DNA of 34,544 nt from Vicinamibacteria bacterium. GTDB lineage: Bacteria; Acidobacteriota; Vicinamibacteria; Fen-336. This document shows positions 15,701-23,952 of this stretch, one piece after another. The DNA lies in assembly GCA_044229815.1 (NCBI GenBank), contig JBGASI010000002.1, forward strand, positions 1 through 34,544. The letters run 5' to 3'. Made by a program: the position numbers and the translations under genes. Every line of letters starts with the position of its first letter. Positions within the stretch are counted from its first letter, which is position 1. Below the pieces are notes generated by a model. The model worked only from the letters and a program-made list of their open reading frames with translations, did not search any database and was not told the origin of the DNA.

Positions 15701-16906
15701 TCACGCTCCTGTCGGGTCGCCCAGCAGGCGCCGATAGATGTCGAGGTAGCGCGGCAGCACGACCTCCCGCAGCCCGACCGTGTCGCGCGCGGTGTCACGG
15801 CAGCGTCGAGGGAGGTCGGTGTCGCGCAGCAGCCGCTCGAGGTCGAGCGCGGCCTCGTGCAGCGGCTCGGCGGCGAGACCCGCCACGACGACGCCGACGC
15901 GGCGCGCCTCGACGAGCGCGCTGTAGTCGCCCACGCCCGCCGTGGTGACGATCGGCAGGCCGCTGGCCAGGTACTCGCCGTTCTTGATCGGCGAGCAGGC
16001 CGCCTGGGACGGCGCGTCGATGCGGAACGACAGCCCGGCATCCGCCGCCGAGAGGTAGCGCGGCATTTCCTCGGGAGCCGCCTGTCGTACCACACAGGGA
16101 AGACCGCGGGCGGCTGCGGGCACGAGGAATGCGCCCGGGTCCTCGTTCGTCAGCACCAGGAGGCTTGCTCCCCCCACGACGCGATTGAAAGCCGCGGCGA
16201 AGTCCAGCATCGGCTCCGTGAGGTACCAGCCCCCGGTCTTGCCGGCGTAGACGAGCACGCGGCCGGTCAGGCCGAGTTCGCCGCGCAGGCGGCCCGGCTC
16301 GCCGCCCGGCGCGAAGCGCTCGAGGTCCACACCGCACGGCAGGACGTCGACTGGCGATCGCGCCTCGGGCACGACCTCCCGCCGTCGTCGCTCGGTCAGC
16401 ACGGCGACCGCGTCCGCGTCACGCAGGCAGCGCCGCTCGGACCGACGCGTGATCGAGTGCAGCGGCGACCCCGCGCGCCACAGACGCGCGTCGACGTATT
16501 CCTGGGAGAGCGGGCCGTCGGCGTCGTTGAAGAAGCGGGCACGCGAGAGGCGCGCGGCCAGCCGGGCGATGGCGCAAGGCACGGTTCCCCGGCCGTGGAA
16601 CAGCCGCACGCCCCGGGTGAGCGAGAGCCGGAGGGTCACCGCCAGGCCAAGCAGGACGTCGAGGAGGGTCGAGAGACCCCGCGGTCGCTTGTGGTAGACG
16701 AGCGGCTGCCACTCGATTCCTTCGCCTGCGAGTCCCTGGCGAAGGGCCAACTCGGCGGACCGCGCCAGGCGCCAGGGCGGCTGCTCGAAGGTCAGGATGG
16801 CCATCCTGCGTCCGGAGCGGGCCAGGGCCCGGACGACCGGGAGGCTCTGGCTCTGGAACAGCGGATCCCGCAGGCTCCAATAGGCTATGTAGACGCCGTC
16901 GAGCAT
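15701..16906 (-). CDS. Glycosyltransferase, GT-B fold (group 1-like)
   Basis: This is the last 401 codons of track ORF 15701..17788. The start is ATG 16906 (MLDGVYIAYWSLRDPLFQSQ). The C-terminal half shows VLVYAGKTGGWY and SPIKNGEYLASGLPIVTTAGVGD. Confidence 0.8.
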   Translation of the reverse strand: MLDGVYIAYWSLRDPLFQSQSLPVVRALARSGRRMAILTFEQPPWRLARSAELALRQGLAGEGIEWQPLVYHKRPRGLSTLLDVLLGLAVTLRLSLTRGVRLFHGRGTVPCAIARLAARLSRARFFNDADGPLSQEYVDARLWRAGSPLHSITRRSERRCLRDADAVAVLTERRRREVVPEARSPVDVLPCGVDLERFAPGGEPGRLRGELGLTGRVLVYAGKTGGWYLTEPMLDFAAAFNRVVGGASLLVLTNEDPGAFLVPAAARGLPCVVRQAAPEEMPRYLSAADAGLSFRIDAPSQAACSPIKNGEYLASGLPIVTTAGVGDYSALVEARRVGVVVAGLAAEPLHEAALDLERLLRDTDLPRRCRDTARDTVGLREVVLPRYLDIYRRLLGDPTGA

Positions 16907-16945
16907 TCGGCTCCGCAGGATTCCCCAGTAGAATCGCCCCAGGGC

Positions 16946-17776
16946 ATGGGCTGGCTGAAGACCCCCGTCATCATACGACGACGCGACGGCGTGCGAGCGC
17001 TGAACCCGCGTCAGATCTGGGAGTACCGCGACCTGCTCTGGCTGCTGGGGACGCGCGAGCTCAAGCTGCGCTACCGGCAGACGGCGCTCGGGGTGGCCTG
17101 GGTGGTGTTCCAGCCCCTGCTCGGCGCGGCCGTGATCGCGTTCGTGTTCGGGCGGGTGGCCGGGCTGCAGACGGACGGCGTGCCGTACATCGTGATCGCG
17201 TTCACCGGGCTGATCGGCTGGTCGGCGTTCAACCTGACCGTGACCAGAGCGACGACGTGCCTCGTCAACCAGCCCCAGCTGATCACGAAGGTGTCCTTCC
17301 CGCGACTGGTGGTGCCCCTGTCCGCGGCGGTGCCCGCGGCCGTGGACTTCGGGGTGTCGCTGTGCGTGCTGGTGCCGCTGCTCTATGCGCTGGGCCTGCA
17401 CACGAATGCCGGTCTGGCACTCGTTCCGGTCTGGCTCGGCGGCATCCTCGCGCTTGCGTTGGGCTTGGGGTTCTTCCTCTCCAGCCTCGCCGTCTCCTAT
17501 CGGGACGTTCAGCACCTGCTCCCCTTCGCACTGCAGATCCTGCTGTTCGCCAGCCCCGTGGCCTATGCGACCGACGCCGTGCCCGCCTCCGTGCGCCCCC
17601 TGTACCGGCTGAATCCGCTGACGGTGATGATCGACGGCCTGCGCTCTGCCAGCCTGGGGCGCGAGACCGTCCTCGATCGTGAGCTGCTGACGGCCGTCGT
17701 CCTGATCGTCGCCTTGTTCCTGGGTGGTTGGCTGTTCTTCGTCAGGGCGGAGCGCCGGTTTGCCGACGTCATCTGA
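16946..17776 (+). CDS. wzm: ABC-2 type polysaccharide exporter permease (Wzm/TagG/KpsM family)
   Basis: Start is ATG 16946. The N-terminus reads IWEYRDLLWLLGTRELKLRYRQTALGVAWVVFQPLL, the canonical ABC-2 permease opening. About six TM segments follow. Length 276 aa. Confidence 0.9.
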   Translation: MGWLKTPVIIRRRDGVRALNPRQIWEYRDLLWLLGTRELKLRYRQTALGVAWVVFQPLLGAAVIAFVFGRVAGLQTDGVPYIVIAFTGLIGWSAFNLTVTRATTCLVNQPQLITKVSFPRLVVPLSAAVPAAVDFGVSLCVLVPLLYALGLHTNAGLALVPVWLGGILALALGLGFFLSSLAVSYRDVQHLLPFALQILLFASPVAYATDAVPASVRPLYRLNPLTVMIDGLRSASLGRETVLDRELLTAVVLIVALFLGGWLFFVRAERRFADVI

Positions 17777-19037
17777 GGGCCCGGCCATCGCCGTTTCGGG
17801 CGTGTCGAAGGCCTACCAGATCGCGCACCAGGCCGTGCGCGCGACGACCCTGGGTGAGAGGCTGGTGGAGGCCTTCAAGCGCGGACGCGGCAGCGGCGGG
17901 GAGACGTTCTGGGCGCTGTCGGACATCTCCTTCGAGCTCGCCAGGGGCGAGGTCCTCGGCGTGATCGGCCCCAACGGCGCCGGCAAGAGCACGCTGCTCA
18001 AGGTGCTCAGCGGCATCGCCGAGCCGACCTCGGGCGAGGCGCGCGTGTGGGGGCGCGTGGGCAGCCTCCTCGAGGTGGGCACCGGGTTCCACCCGGAGCT
18101 CACGGGTCGCGAGAACGTCTACTTGAACGGCTGCATCCTCGGGATGAAGAAGGCCGAGGTGGAGCGCCGCTTCGACGAGATCGTCGCCTTCTCGGGAGTC
18201 GAGCGCTTCCTCGACACCCCGGTCAAGCGGTACTCGTCCGGCATGTTCGTGAGGCTGGCCTTCGCCGTGGCAGCGCACCTCGACTCGGAGATCCTCATCG
18301 TCGACGAGGTGCTGGCCGTGGGGGATGCGGAGTTCCAGGCGCGCTGCCTGGGCAAGATGCGCGAGGTCACCGGCCGCGGTGGACGCACGGTGCTCTTCGT
18401 GAGCCACAACCTCCAGGCCGTGCGGGCCCTGTGCGATCGAGCGATCGTGCTCAAGGGTGGGCGCCTCGTGGCCGAGGGCGACGTGGAGGCCTGCGTGCAG
18501 GCCTACTTCGGCTCGTTTGCTGGCACCCCGGGCGATGGCAGCGTTCATCTGACGCGCCCGGCGAGAGCGGGACTCTGGATGACCGGCGCACACCTCCAGG
18601 CCGACGGGGCGTCCACGAACGTGGTTCCGATGGGGAGCAGCCTCTCGCTGAGCGTCCACTTCAGCAGCGAAGTACCCGTGGCAGCGCCTCGCCTGGGCCT
18701 CGCGCTCAACGCGACCAACGGTGTGGAGATCCTGAGCGCGAACAACCACTACCAACAGACAGCCGAGTCGCTCGAGGTCGCCGCAACGTCTGGCGTCATC
18801 GTCTGCGATCTCGGCAAGGTGCCGCTATTGGCCGGTCACTACACGTTCTCGCTGTGGCTCGACGACGGTCTGGCAACCACTCACGTCCTGGAACAGGCAC
18901 TCACGTTCGAGGTCACGGAACGGGACCTGTGGGGTCGGGGCAGAATGCCTCCCGCGCGGCCGTCCAGCCTTTGGTGGCCGACGCGCTTCTCCATACACCC
19001 CGCCGCAGGAGGGAGCCGTGAGCATAGAGCGCGCTGA
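17724..19037 (+). CDS. wzt: ABC polysaccharide exporter ATPase with C-terminal Wzt_C-like domain
   Basis: Walker A GPNGAGKST, signature YSSGM, Walker B ILIVDE, and the H-loop SHN are present. About 170 extra C-terminal residues (roughly 18546-18984) are rich in beta-strand pattern. The start is uncertain. ATG 17724 overlaps wzm by 53 nt. TTG 17760 is an alternative. Confidence 0.9.
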   Translation: MVGCSSSGRSAGLPTSSEGPAIAVSGVSKAYQIAHQAVRATTLGERLVEAFKRGRGSGGETFWALSDISFELARGEVLGVIGPNGAGKSTLLKVLSGIAEPTSGEARVWGRVGSLLEVGTGFHPELTGRENVYLNGCILGMKKAEVERRFDEIVAFSGVERFLDTPVKRYSSGMFVRLAFAVAAHLDSEILIVDEVLAVGDAEFQARCLGKMREVTGRGGRTVLFVSHNLQAVRALCDRAIVLKGGRLVAEGDVEACVQAYFGSFAGTPGDGSVHLTRPARAGLWMTGAHLQADGASTNVVPMGSSLSLSVHFSSEVPVAAPRLGLALNATNGVEILSANNHYQQTAESLEVAATSGVIVCDLGKVPLLAGHYTFSLWLDDGLATTHVLEQALTFEVTERDLWGRGRMPPARPSSLWWPTRFSIHPAAGGSREHRAR

Positions 19038-19812
19038 CCCGAAGGCACCGGCCTGGCGCGACACGGGCGCCGAGCATCTGGCGCGCTACTTGTTCGCGGC
19101 GGACTGGGCGGGCGACAAGCACGTGCTCGACGTTGGGACTGGCGCCGGCTACGGTGTGGCGGTGCTCCGCACGGCGGGCGCAAGGAGTATCCAGGCCATC
19201 GATGCGGACCCCGTGGCGCTCTCGGAGGCGGCGAGAGTCTACGGGGGCCCAGGCGCCGTCTTCCTGTCAGGGAACGCGGAGTCGCTGGATGGCATCAAGC
19301 GACCGGTCGACCTCATCTGCAGCTTCGAGAACATCGAGCACCTGGCGGATCCGGGGGCCTTCGTCCGGGCGGCGGCGCGCGTTCTGGAACCCGACGGCGT
19401 CCTGCTCTGCTCGAGCCCCGATCGCACGGCGACACCCCCGTTCGTGGGAGGCCGGCCGGCGAACCCGTTTCACCTGCACGAGTGGTATCGAGAGGAGTTC
19501 CTGAGCCTGCTCGCGATAGGCTTCGAGAACGTCGATCTACGCACGCAAGTGCGCACGCATGCCTTCGAGTCGAGGATGACCGCGGCACTGGCGCTCGAGG
19601 AGCACCTGGCATACCTCTGGGACAGTCCGAGCCTGCGCCTGGGTCGGCTGTTCGCACGGCTGACCGGGCGGCCGCGGCTGTGGCGGCCCACGGCGGGATT
19701 GGCCGCTCCGGGCATCGGCGACTATCCGATCGTCGCCAGCGGTGTTGCCGAGTTGCTGGGCCGTCCCTACTGCCACGTGGCGGTCTGCCGGGGCCCTCGG
19801 TCGCTGCCGTAG
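19018..19812 (+). CDS. Class I SAM-dependent methyltransferase
   Basis: Start is GTG 19018, with GGAGG 5 nt upstream. It overlaps wzt by 20 nt. Motif I VLDVGTGAGYG is followed by AIDADP, DLICSFENIEHL and EPDGVLLCS. Confidence 0.88.
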   Translation: MSIERADPKAPAWRDTGAEHLARYLFAADWAGDKHVLDVGTGAGYGVAVLRTAGARSIQAIDADPVALSEAARVYGGPGAVFLSGNAESLDGIKRPVDLICSFENIEHLADPGAFVRAAARVLEPDGVLLCSSPDRTATPPFVGGRPANPFHLHEWYREEFLSLLAIGFENVDLRTQVRTHAFESRMTAALALEEHLAYLWDSPSLRLGRLFARLTGRPRLWRPTAGLAAPGIGDYPIVASGVAELLGRPYCHVAVCRGPRSLP

Positions 19813-19861
19813 CGCCAAAGGGCGTCTTGAGGCTCGGCGGGCGGCGTTCTAGCATGGGCCG

Positions 19862-20794
19862 ATGGCTAGTCCTCTCGTCAGCGTCTGCATGCCCGTGTTC
19901 AACGCGGCTCCCTTCCTGAAGCCAGCGATCGAGAGTGTCCTGCGGCAGACGCTTGCTGACTTCGAGTTCCTCGTCTTCGACGATGGGTCGAGCGACGACT
20001 CCCTGAAGATACTGGAGGCGTACGCCCGACGGGACTCGCGCGTCCAGGTGCGCTCGCGAGAGCATCGCGGTTACGCACCCCTGCTGAACGAGGGGTTGCA
20101 GCTCGCGCGGGGCCACTACTACGCCCGGATGGACGCTGACGACGTCGTCGCGCCACGGCGGCTCGAGAGACAGGTGGCCTTCCTCGAGGCGAACCCGGAT
20201 TGCAGCGCCGTTGGCACGCAGGTGCTGCTGGTCGACCCCGATGGCGAGGCGGTTAATCGGGCCGAACATCCGCTCGACCACGCGGAGATCGACGCGGGCC
20301 ACATGCGGGGTGTGTTCCAGATGACCCACGCCAGCATCGTGATGCGGGCCGACGCGTTGCGCCGGATCGGGGGCTATCACACGGAGTACGAGCCGGCCGA
20401 GGACTTCGACCTGCTCCTGCGTTTGGCTGAGGTTGGCAGGCTCGCCAACCTGCCGGATTACCTATACGAGTACCGGATGCACCCTCAGCAGGTGACAGTC
20501 CGGCGCTACGAACGGCAGCAGTCTGCGATGCAGGAGGCGCTCACGCTGGCCTGCCGGAGACGCGGGACGGCGATGCCGCACCAGGGGCCTTTCGTGCACC
20601 CGAGGCAGGAGGCGCCGTGGCAGGTGCACGTGGTGTGGGCGGAATGCGCGACACGTGCGGGCTTCCGGCGTGCGGCACTGAAGCACGCCTGGCTTGGCGT
20701 GCGCCTGCGCCCCTGGTCGCGGACGGCGTGGCGTGTGCTGCGGGCAGCAGCAGCCGTGAAGCCGGCGACGCCGGCCGACGACCAGGGCGCCTAG
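19862..20794 (+). CDS. Glycosyltransferase family 2
   Basis: Motifs seen: VSVCMPVFNAAPFLKPAIESVLRQTLADFEFLVFDDGSSDDS and ARMDADDV (DxD), then the YHTEYEPAEDFDLLLR region. Confidence 0.9.
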   Translation: MASPLVSVCMPVFNAAPFLKPAIESVLRQTLADFEFLVFDDGSSDDSLKILEAYARRDSRVQVRSREHRGYAPLLNEGLQLARGHYYARMDADDVVAPRRLERQVAFLEANPDCSAVGTQVLLVDPDGEAVNRAEHPLDHAEIDAGHMRGVFQMTHASIVMRADALRRIGGYHTEYEPAEDFDLLLRLAEVGRLANLPDYLYEYRMHPQQVTVRRYERQQSAMQEALTLACRRRGTAMPHQGPFVHPRQEAPWQVHVVWAECATRAGFRRAALKHAWLGVRLRPWSRTAWRVLRAAAAVKPATPADDQGA

Positions 20795-20811
20795 GGCCTG
20801 CTCGCCGGGGC

Positions 20812-21774
20812 TCAGTCGATGGAGCGGGCGTGGTTTCGCAGCGCGCGGACGGCTCCCGACCAGACAGCGGCGTCTGCGAGCGCCAGCAGCAGGGCGACCC
20901 TGAGCACGCGGCCGGCGCGGTAGGCGCCTGACGGCACGTTGCGCCGCCGCAGCGTCACGGTCCTCAGCACCCGCAGGGCCGCAAGCCCGAGGGCCAGCGC
21001 CCCGGCTGGCGGCCAGAACCAGGCGGCGCCGAGCAGCAGGGCGAAGGCGATGTCCATCGCCATGACGCGCACGTGCCAGCGGCCGGCAAGACCGGAGCGA
21101 GCGTGATGGTACGAGTAGGACTTGAGCCGCCGCCAGCAGGCCGCGAGGTTGGGGGCGAGCTGCCAGCGCACGAGCGCCTCCGGCGCCGGAAGGCAGGGGA
21201 TGCCCATCGCCGCGGCCGTGCGGAAGAAGACGAGGTCCTCGGCCGCCCGCAGGTCCTCCCTGAAGCCGCCGACCGCCTGCCAGGCCCGACGGTCCAGCAG
21301 AAGCGATGCGGTGGAGGCTCCACGCAGGCCGTCGGCGTCCCGGGGAGCCACCAGACACAGCGCCTGAGCTGCGTCCCACTCGGAGAGGACCACGGGGTCG
21401 TATCCGCCGGCGATCAGCGCGGTGGGGAAGCCCGCCAAGGCGGCGCGGCGCTGGAGTTGGGCGAGCCAGTCTCTCTCGGGAAGGCAGCCGGCGTCGACGA
21501 GCGCGACCCAGTCGTGCCGGGCCGCCGCGATGCCGTGATTGCGGGCGGCCCCCGGATAGGCCGGGCCCGTCGCCACCACGCGGACGGATACAGCGAAGTG
21601 CCCGCGGACCAGGTCCGGCCCGGCATCGTCGGAGCCGGCGTCGACCACCAGGATTTCCGCCGGGGGCAGCGTCTGCTCGGTGAGACGCGAGAGCAGGGCG
21701 AGGATCGAGTCCGCCTCGTTGCGCATTGGTACGACTACGGTGATGGAGGTCCGGCTCTGGGCTGTGGCGAGCAT
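20812..21774 (-). CDS. Glycosyltransferase family 2 with C-terminal transmembrane segments
   Basis: Motifs seen: ITVVVPMRNEADSI, ILVVDAGSDD, LVDAGC and AEDLVF. Two hydrophobic C-terminal segments follow (VMAMDIAFALLLGAAWFW, VLRVALLLALADAAVW). It converges with the previous gene across a 17-bp gap. Confidence 0.85.
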   Translation of the reverse strand: MLATAQSRTSITVVVPMRNEADSILALLSRLTEQTLPPAEILVVDAGSDDAGPDLVRGHFAVSVRVVATGPAYPGAARNHGIAAARHDWVALVDAGCLPERDWLAQLQRRAALAGFPTALIAGGYDPVVLSEWDAAQALCLVAPRDADGLRGASTASLLLDRRAWQAVGGFREDLRAAEDLVFFRTAAAMGIPCLPAPEALVRWQLAPNLAACWRRLKSYSYHHARSGLAGRWHVRVMAMDIAFALLLGAAWFWPPAGALALGLAALRVLRTVTLRRRNVPSGAYRAGRVLRVALLLALADAAVWSGAVRALRNHARSID

Positions 21775-21889
21775 CGTCGTGGCGCCCCGGTTTCGGCCGG
21801 GCTGGCTCCGGACAGGGAAAGCGGGATTGTACGCGCCCGGCGGCCGGCCGGGAGGCAGGCGCGCTGGGATAGACTGCGCGCGGAGCGTG

Positions 21890-23005
21890 ATGCGGGTCTT
21901 CCTCTACTACCCAGCGCGCCGCACACCCGGAGGCGGGCACAAGCAGATCCGGCTCCTGGCCCGGAACCTGCGGCGCCTGGGCGAGGAGAGCTTCCTCCTC
22001 CACGAGGATCCCACCTGCGACGACAGCTCCTTCTACGAGGCCGGCGCTCCGGCCTCGGCCTTCCCCCTCGCCGACGCCGGACGCTGTCTCGAGAAGGGCG
22101 ACCTGGTCCTGTTGCCGGAGTACCGCCTCGATCAGACCGTTGCGCTGTCTCGCGACTGGTCGTGCCGCAAGGCGGTGTACGCGCAGGGAGGCTTCCTCGC
22201 CCTCCTCTACCGGCCGCGGGGCGGGTACGAGCGGCTGGGCCTCGAGTTCATGATCGGCGTGTCGCCGTACATCGTCGCGCTCGGGCCGGCGTATCTGGGC
22301 CTGCGCGCGCAGCGCTGCTTCTACGTACCCTACCCCGTGGTGCGCGGCCCCTTCGCCGAGCCGGCTCGGCCCTTCGCCGAGAAGCGGCTGGCCGTGTGCT
22401 GCATGCCCCGGAAGCTGCCCGCGCACGTGGCGCGGGTGCGCGAGGTCGTACGGGGGCGCCACCCCGAAGTTCCGTGGCTGGAGATCGACGGCTGCACCGA
22501 GGCGGAGGTGGCGCGGCGGCTCGACGAGAACGCCCTCTTCCTTTCGACGCAGGACGGGGAAGGCTTCGGCCTACCGGCGATCGAGGCCATGGCCCGGGGC
22601 TGCATCGTCGCCGGCTACGCGGGTTGCGGGGACTTCCCGGCGCCTTACGCGCGCGCGGAGAACGGACTCTGGGCCAGGGACCGCTCGGTCCGGGACGCCA
22701 TCGCTCGCGTGGACACCGCGATCGCACTGGCCCGGCGAGGCGGGCCGGATCGTGAGCGACTCCTGGCGGCTGCCGAGAGGACGCTCTCGGGCTTCACCGA
22801 AGAACGCGCTCTCTCTGCGCTGGAGGTCGTGGTCGGCCGCGTGAGGGCGCGCGAGTACCCGGTGGCGGCAGCCTCCGTTCCGGTTCGCCTGGGCGTGCGG
22901 GGTCACCTTCAGGCGTGGCGAACGCTCCTGCGCGCGCCGGGGATTCTCAGGAAAGGCCGCGATTCGGGGGCCGAGGCGCCCGCCCCGGAGCCCGTCCGCC
23001 GATGA
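21890..23005 (+). CDS. GT-B fold glycosyltransferase-like protein
   Basis: Start is ATG 21890 (MRVFLYYP...). The upstream part of the track ORF overlaps the divergent gene, so it is not used. The C-terminal half shows STQDGEGFGLPAIEAMARGCIVAG (E-x7-E). The N-terminal half is poorly conserved. Confidence 0.7.
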   Translation: MRVFLYYPARRTPGGGHKQIRLLARNLRRLGEESFLLHEDPTCDDSSFYEAGAPASAFPLADAGRCLEKGDLVLLPEYRLDQTVALSRDWSCRKAVYAQGGFLALLYRPRGGYERLGLEFMIGVSPYIVALGPAYLGLRAQRCFYVPYPVVRGPFAEPARPFAEKRLAVCCMPRKLPAHVARVREVVRGRHPEVPWLEIDGCTEAEVARRLDENALFLSTQDGEGFGLPAIEAMARGCIVAGYAGCGDFPAPYARAENGLWARDRSVRDAIARVDTAIALARRGGPDRERLLAAAERTLSGFTEERALSALEVVVGRVRAREYPVAAASVPVRLGVRGHLQAWRTLLRAPGILRKGRDSGAEAPAPEPVRR

Positions 23006-23943
23006 GATCCGCCGACACGGCCAAGGTGCCGGTGATGATCCTGAACTGGAACGGCTGGGAGGACTCGCTTGCCTGCCTGGAGTCCCTGCGGTCGTGTTCG
23101 GACGTGTCGAATGTGTGGCTGATCGACAACGGCTCCGCGGTCGACCGAACAGCCGAGGCACTGGAGATCTACCGCTCTCTCCGCGTGCTCCGCTGGGAGG
23201 AGAACTACGGCTTCGCCGGCGGCTACGGGCGCGCCCTGCGTCTCGCCGCCAGCGAGGGGTGCGAGTATGCCTACCTCCTCAACAACGACTGCCGGGCTCG
23301 TCCGGGATTCCTGGACGGGGTGCTGGCGCCGGCGCTGGAGGACGAGCGGCTGGCGGCTGTCGGAAGCTGCATGCTCTACGTGGAGTCGCCCGAGTTCGCG
23401 ATCTTCGACGGCCGCTACCACGCTCCCGGCGAGAAGCGGTTCGTCCCGTTCGAACGCAAGGCGGCGCGCGAGGTCAACGGGGCCGGGATGCTGGTGCGGC
23501 TCGCTGCCATGGAGGACTGCGGCTACTTCGACGAGAGGTTCTTCTGCTACGGCGAGGAGACCGAGTGGTGCTGGCGGGTGAGCGGCCGCGGCTTCGGCGT
23601 GGCCGTGTCGGGTCGTTCCGTGGTGCTTCACCGGCGCGCCGGCAGCGACCACAGCGACAACGCGCTCTACTATCGGATCCGGAACCGCTTCCTGTTGCTC
23701 GAGCCCTTGGAGGCACCTCGCCGCTGGCTGTGGACGGTGCGGTTTGCCGCCGAAGCGGCGGCCGAGGCGGCGCACGCGTCCGTTCCGGCACAGCGTACGG
23801 CAATCGCCGCCGGTGTGAGCGACGCGATCCGCGGGCGCTTCGGGCCCCGTGTGCGACGCCAGGCGCCGTGGGCGCAAGCGCTCCTGGTGAGCTGGGCGCG
23901 CCTGTTCCGTCTCCCTCTGCCCGGTGTCGGGGACGAGGACTGA
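23002..23943 (+). CDS. Glycosyltransferase family 2 (rhamnosyltransferase-like)
   Basis: Start is ATG 23002, overlapping the previous stop (ATGA). Motifs seen: VPVMILNWNGWEDSLACLESL, WLIDNGS, ENYGFAGG, LLNNDC and GEETEWCWR. Confidence 0.88.
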   Translation: MRSADTAKVPVMILNWNGWEDSLACLESLRSCSDVSNVWLIDNGSAVDRTAEALEIYRSLRVLRWEENYGFAGGYGRALRLAASEGCEYAYLLNNDCRARPGFLDGVLAPALEDERLAAVGSCMLYVESPEFAIFDGRYHAPGEKRFVPFERKAAREVNGAGMLVRLAAMEDCGYFDERFFCYGEETEWCWRVSGRGFGVAVSGRSVVLHRRAGSDHSDNALYYRIRNRFLLLEPLEAPRRWLWTVRFAAEAAAEAAHASVPAQRTAIAAGVSDAIRGRFGPRVRRQAPWAQALLVSWARLFRLPLPGVGDED

Positions 23944-23952
23944 GGCCAGCCT

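Noticed and set aside
20462-22462. 666-aa minus-strand ORF, and similar long ORFs 22909..24144 (-), 24802..25950 (-), 26716..27843 (+), 27871..28848 (+), 30512..32074 (-), 12374..13597 (+), 14524..15948 (+)
   Set aside because: All are Arg/Pro/Gly/Ala-rich, lack motifs, and lie antisense or out of frame to genes with strong family signatures (GT2, GT-B, acyltransferase-3, AsnB, barrel, GT-C, SDR).
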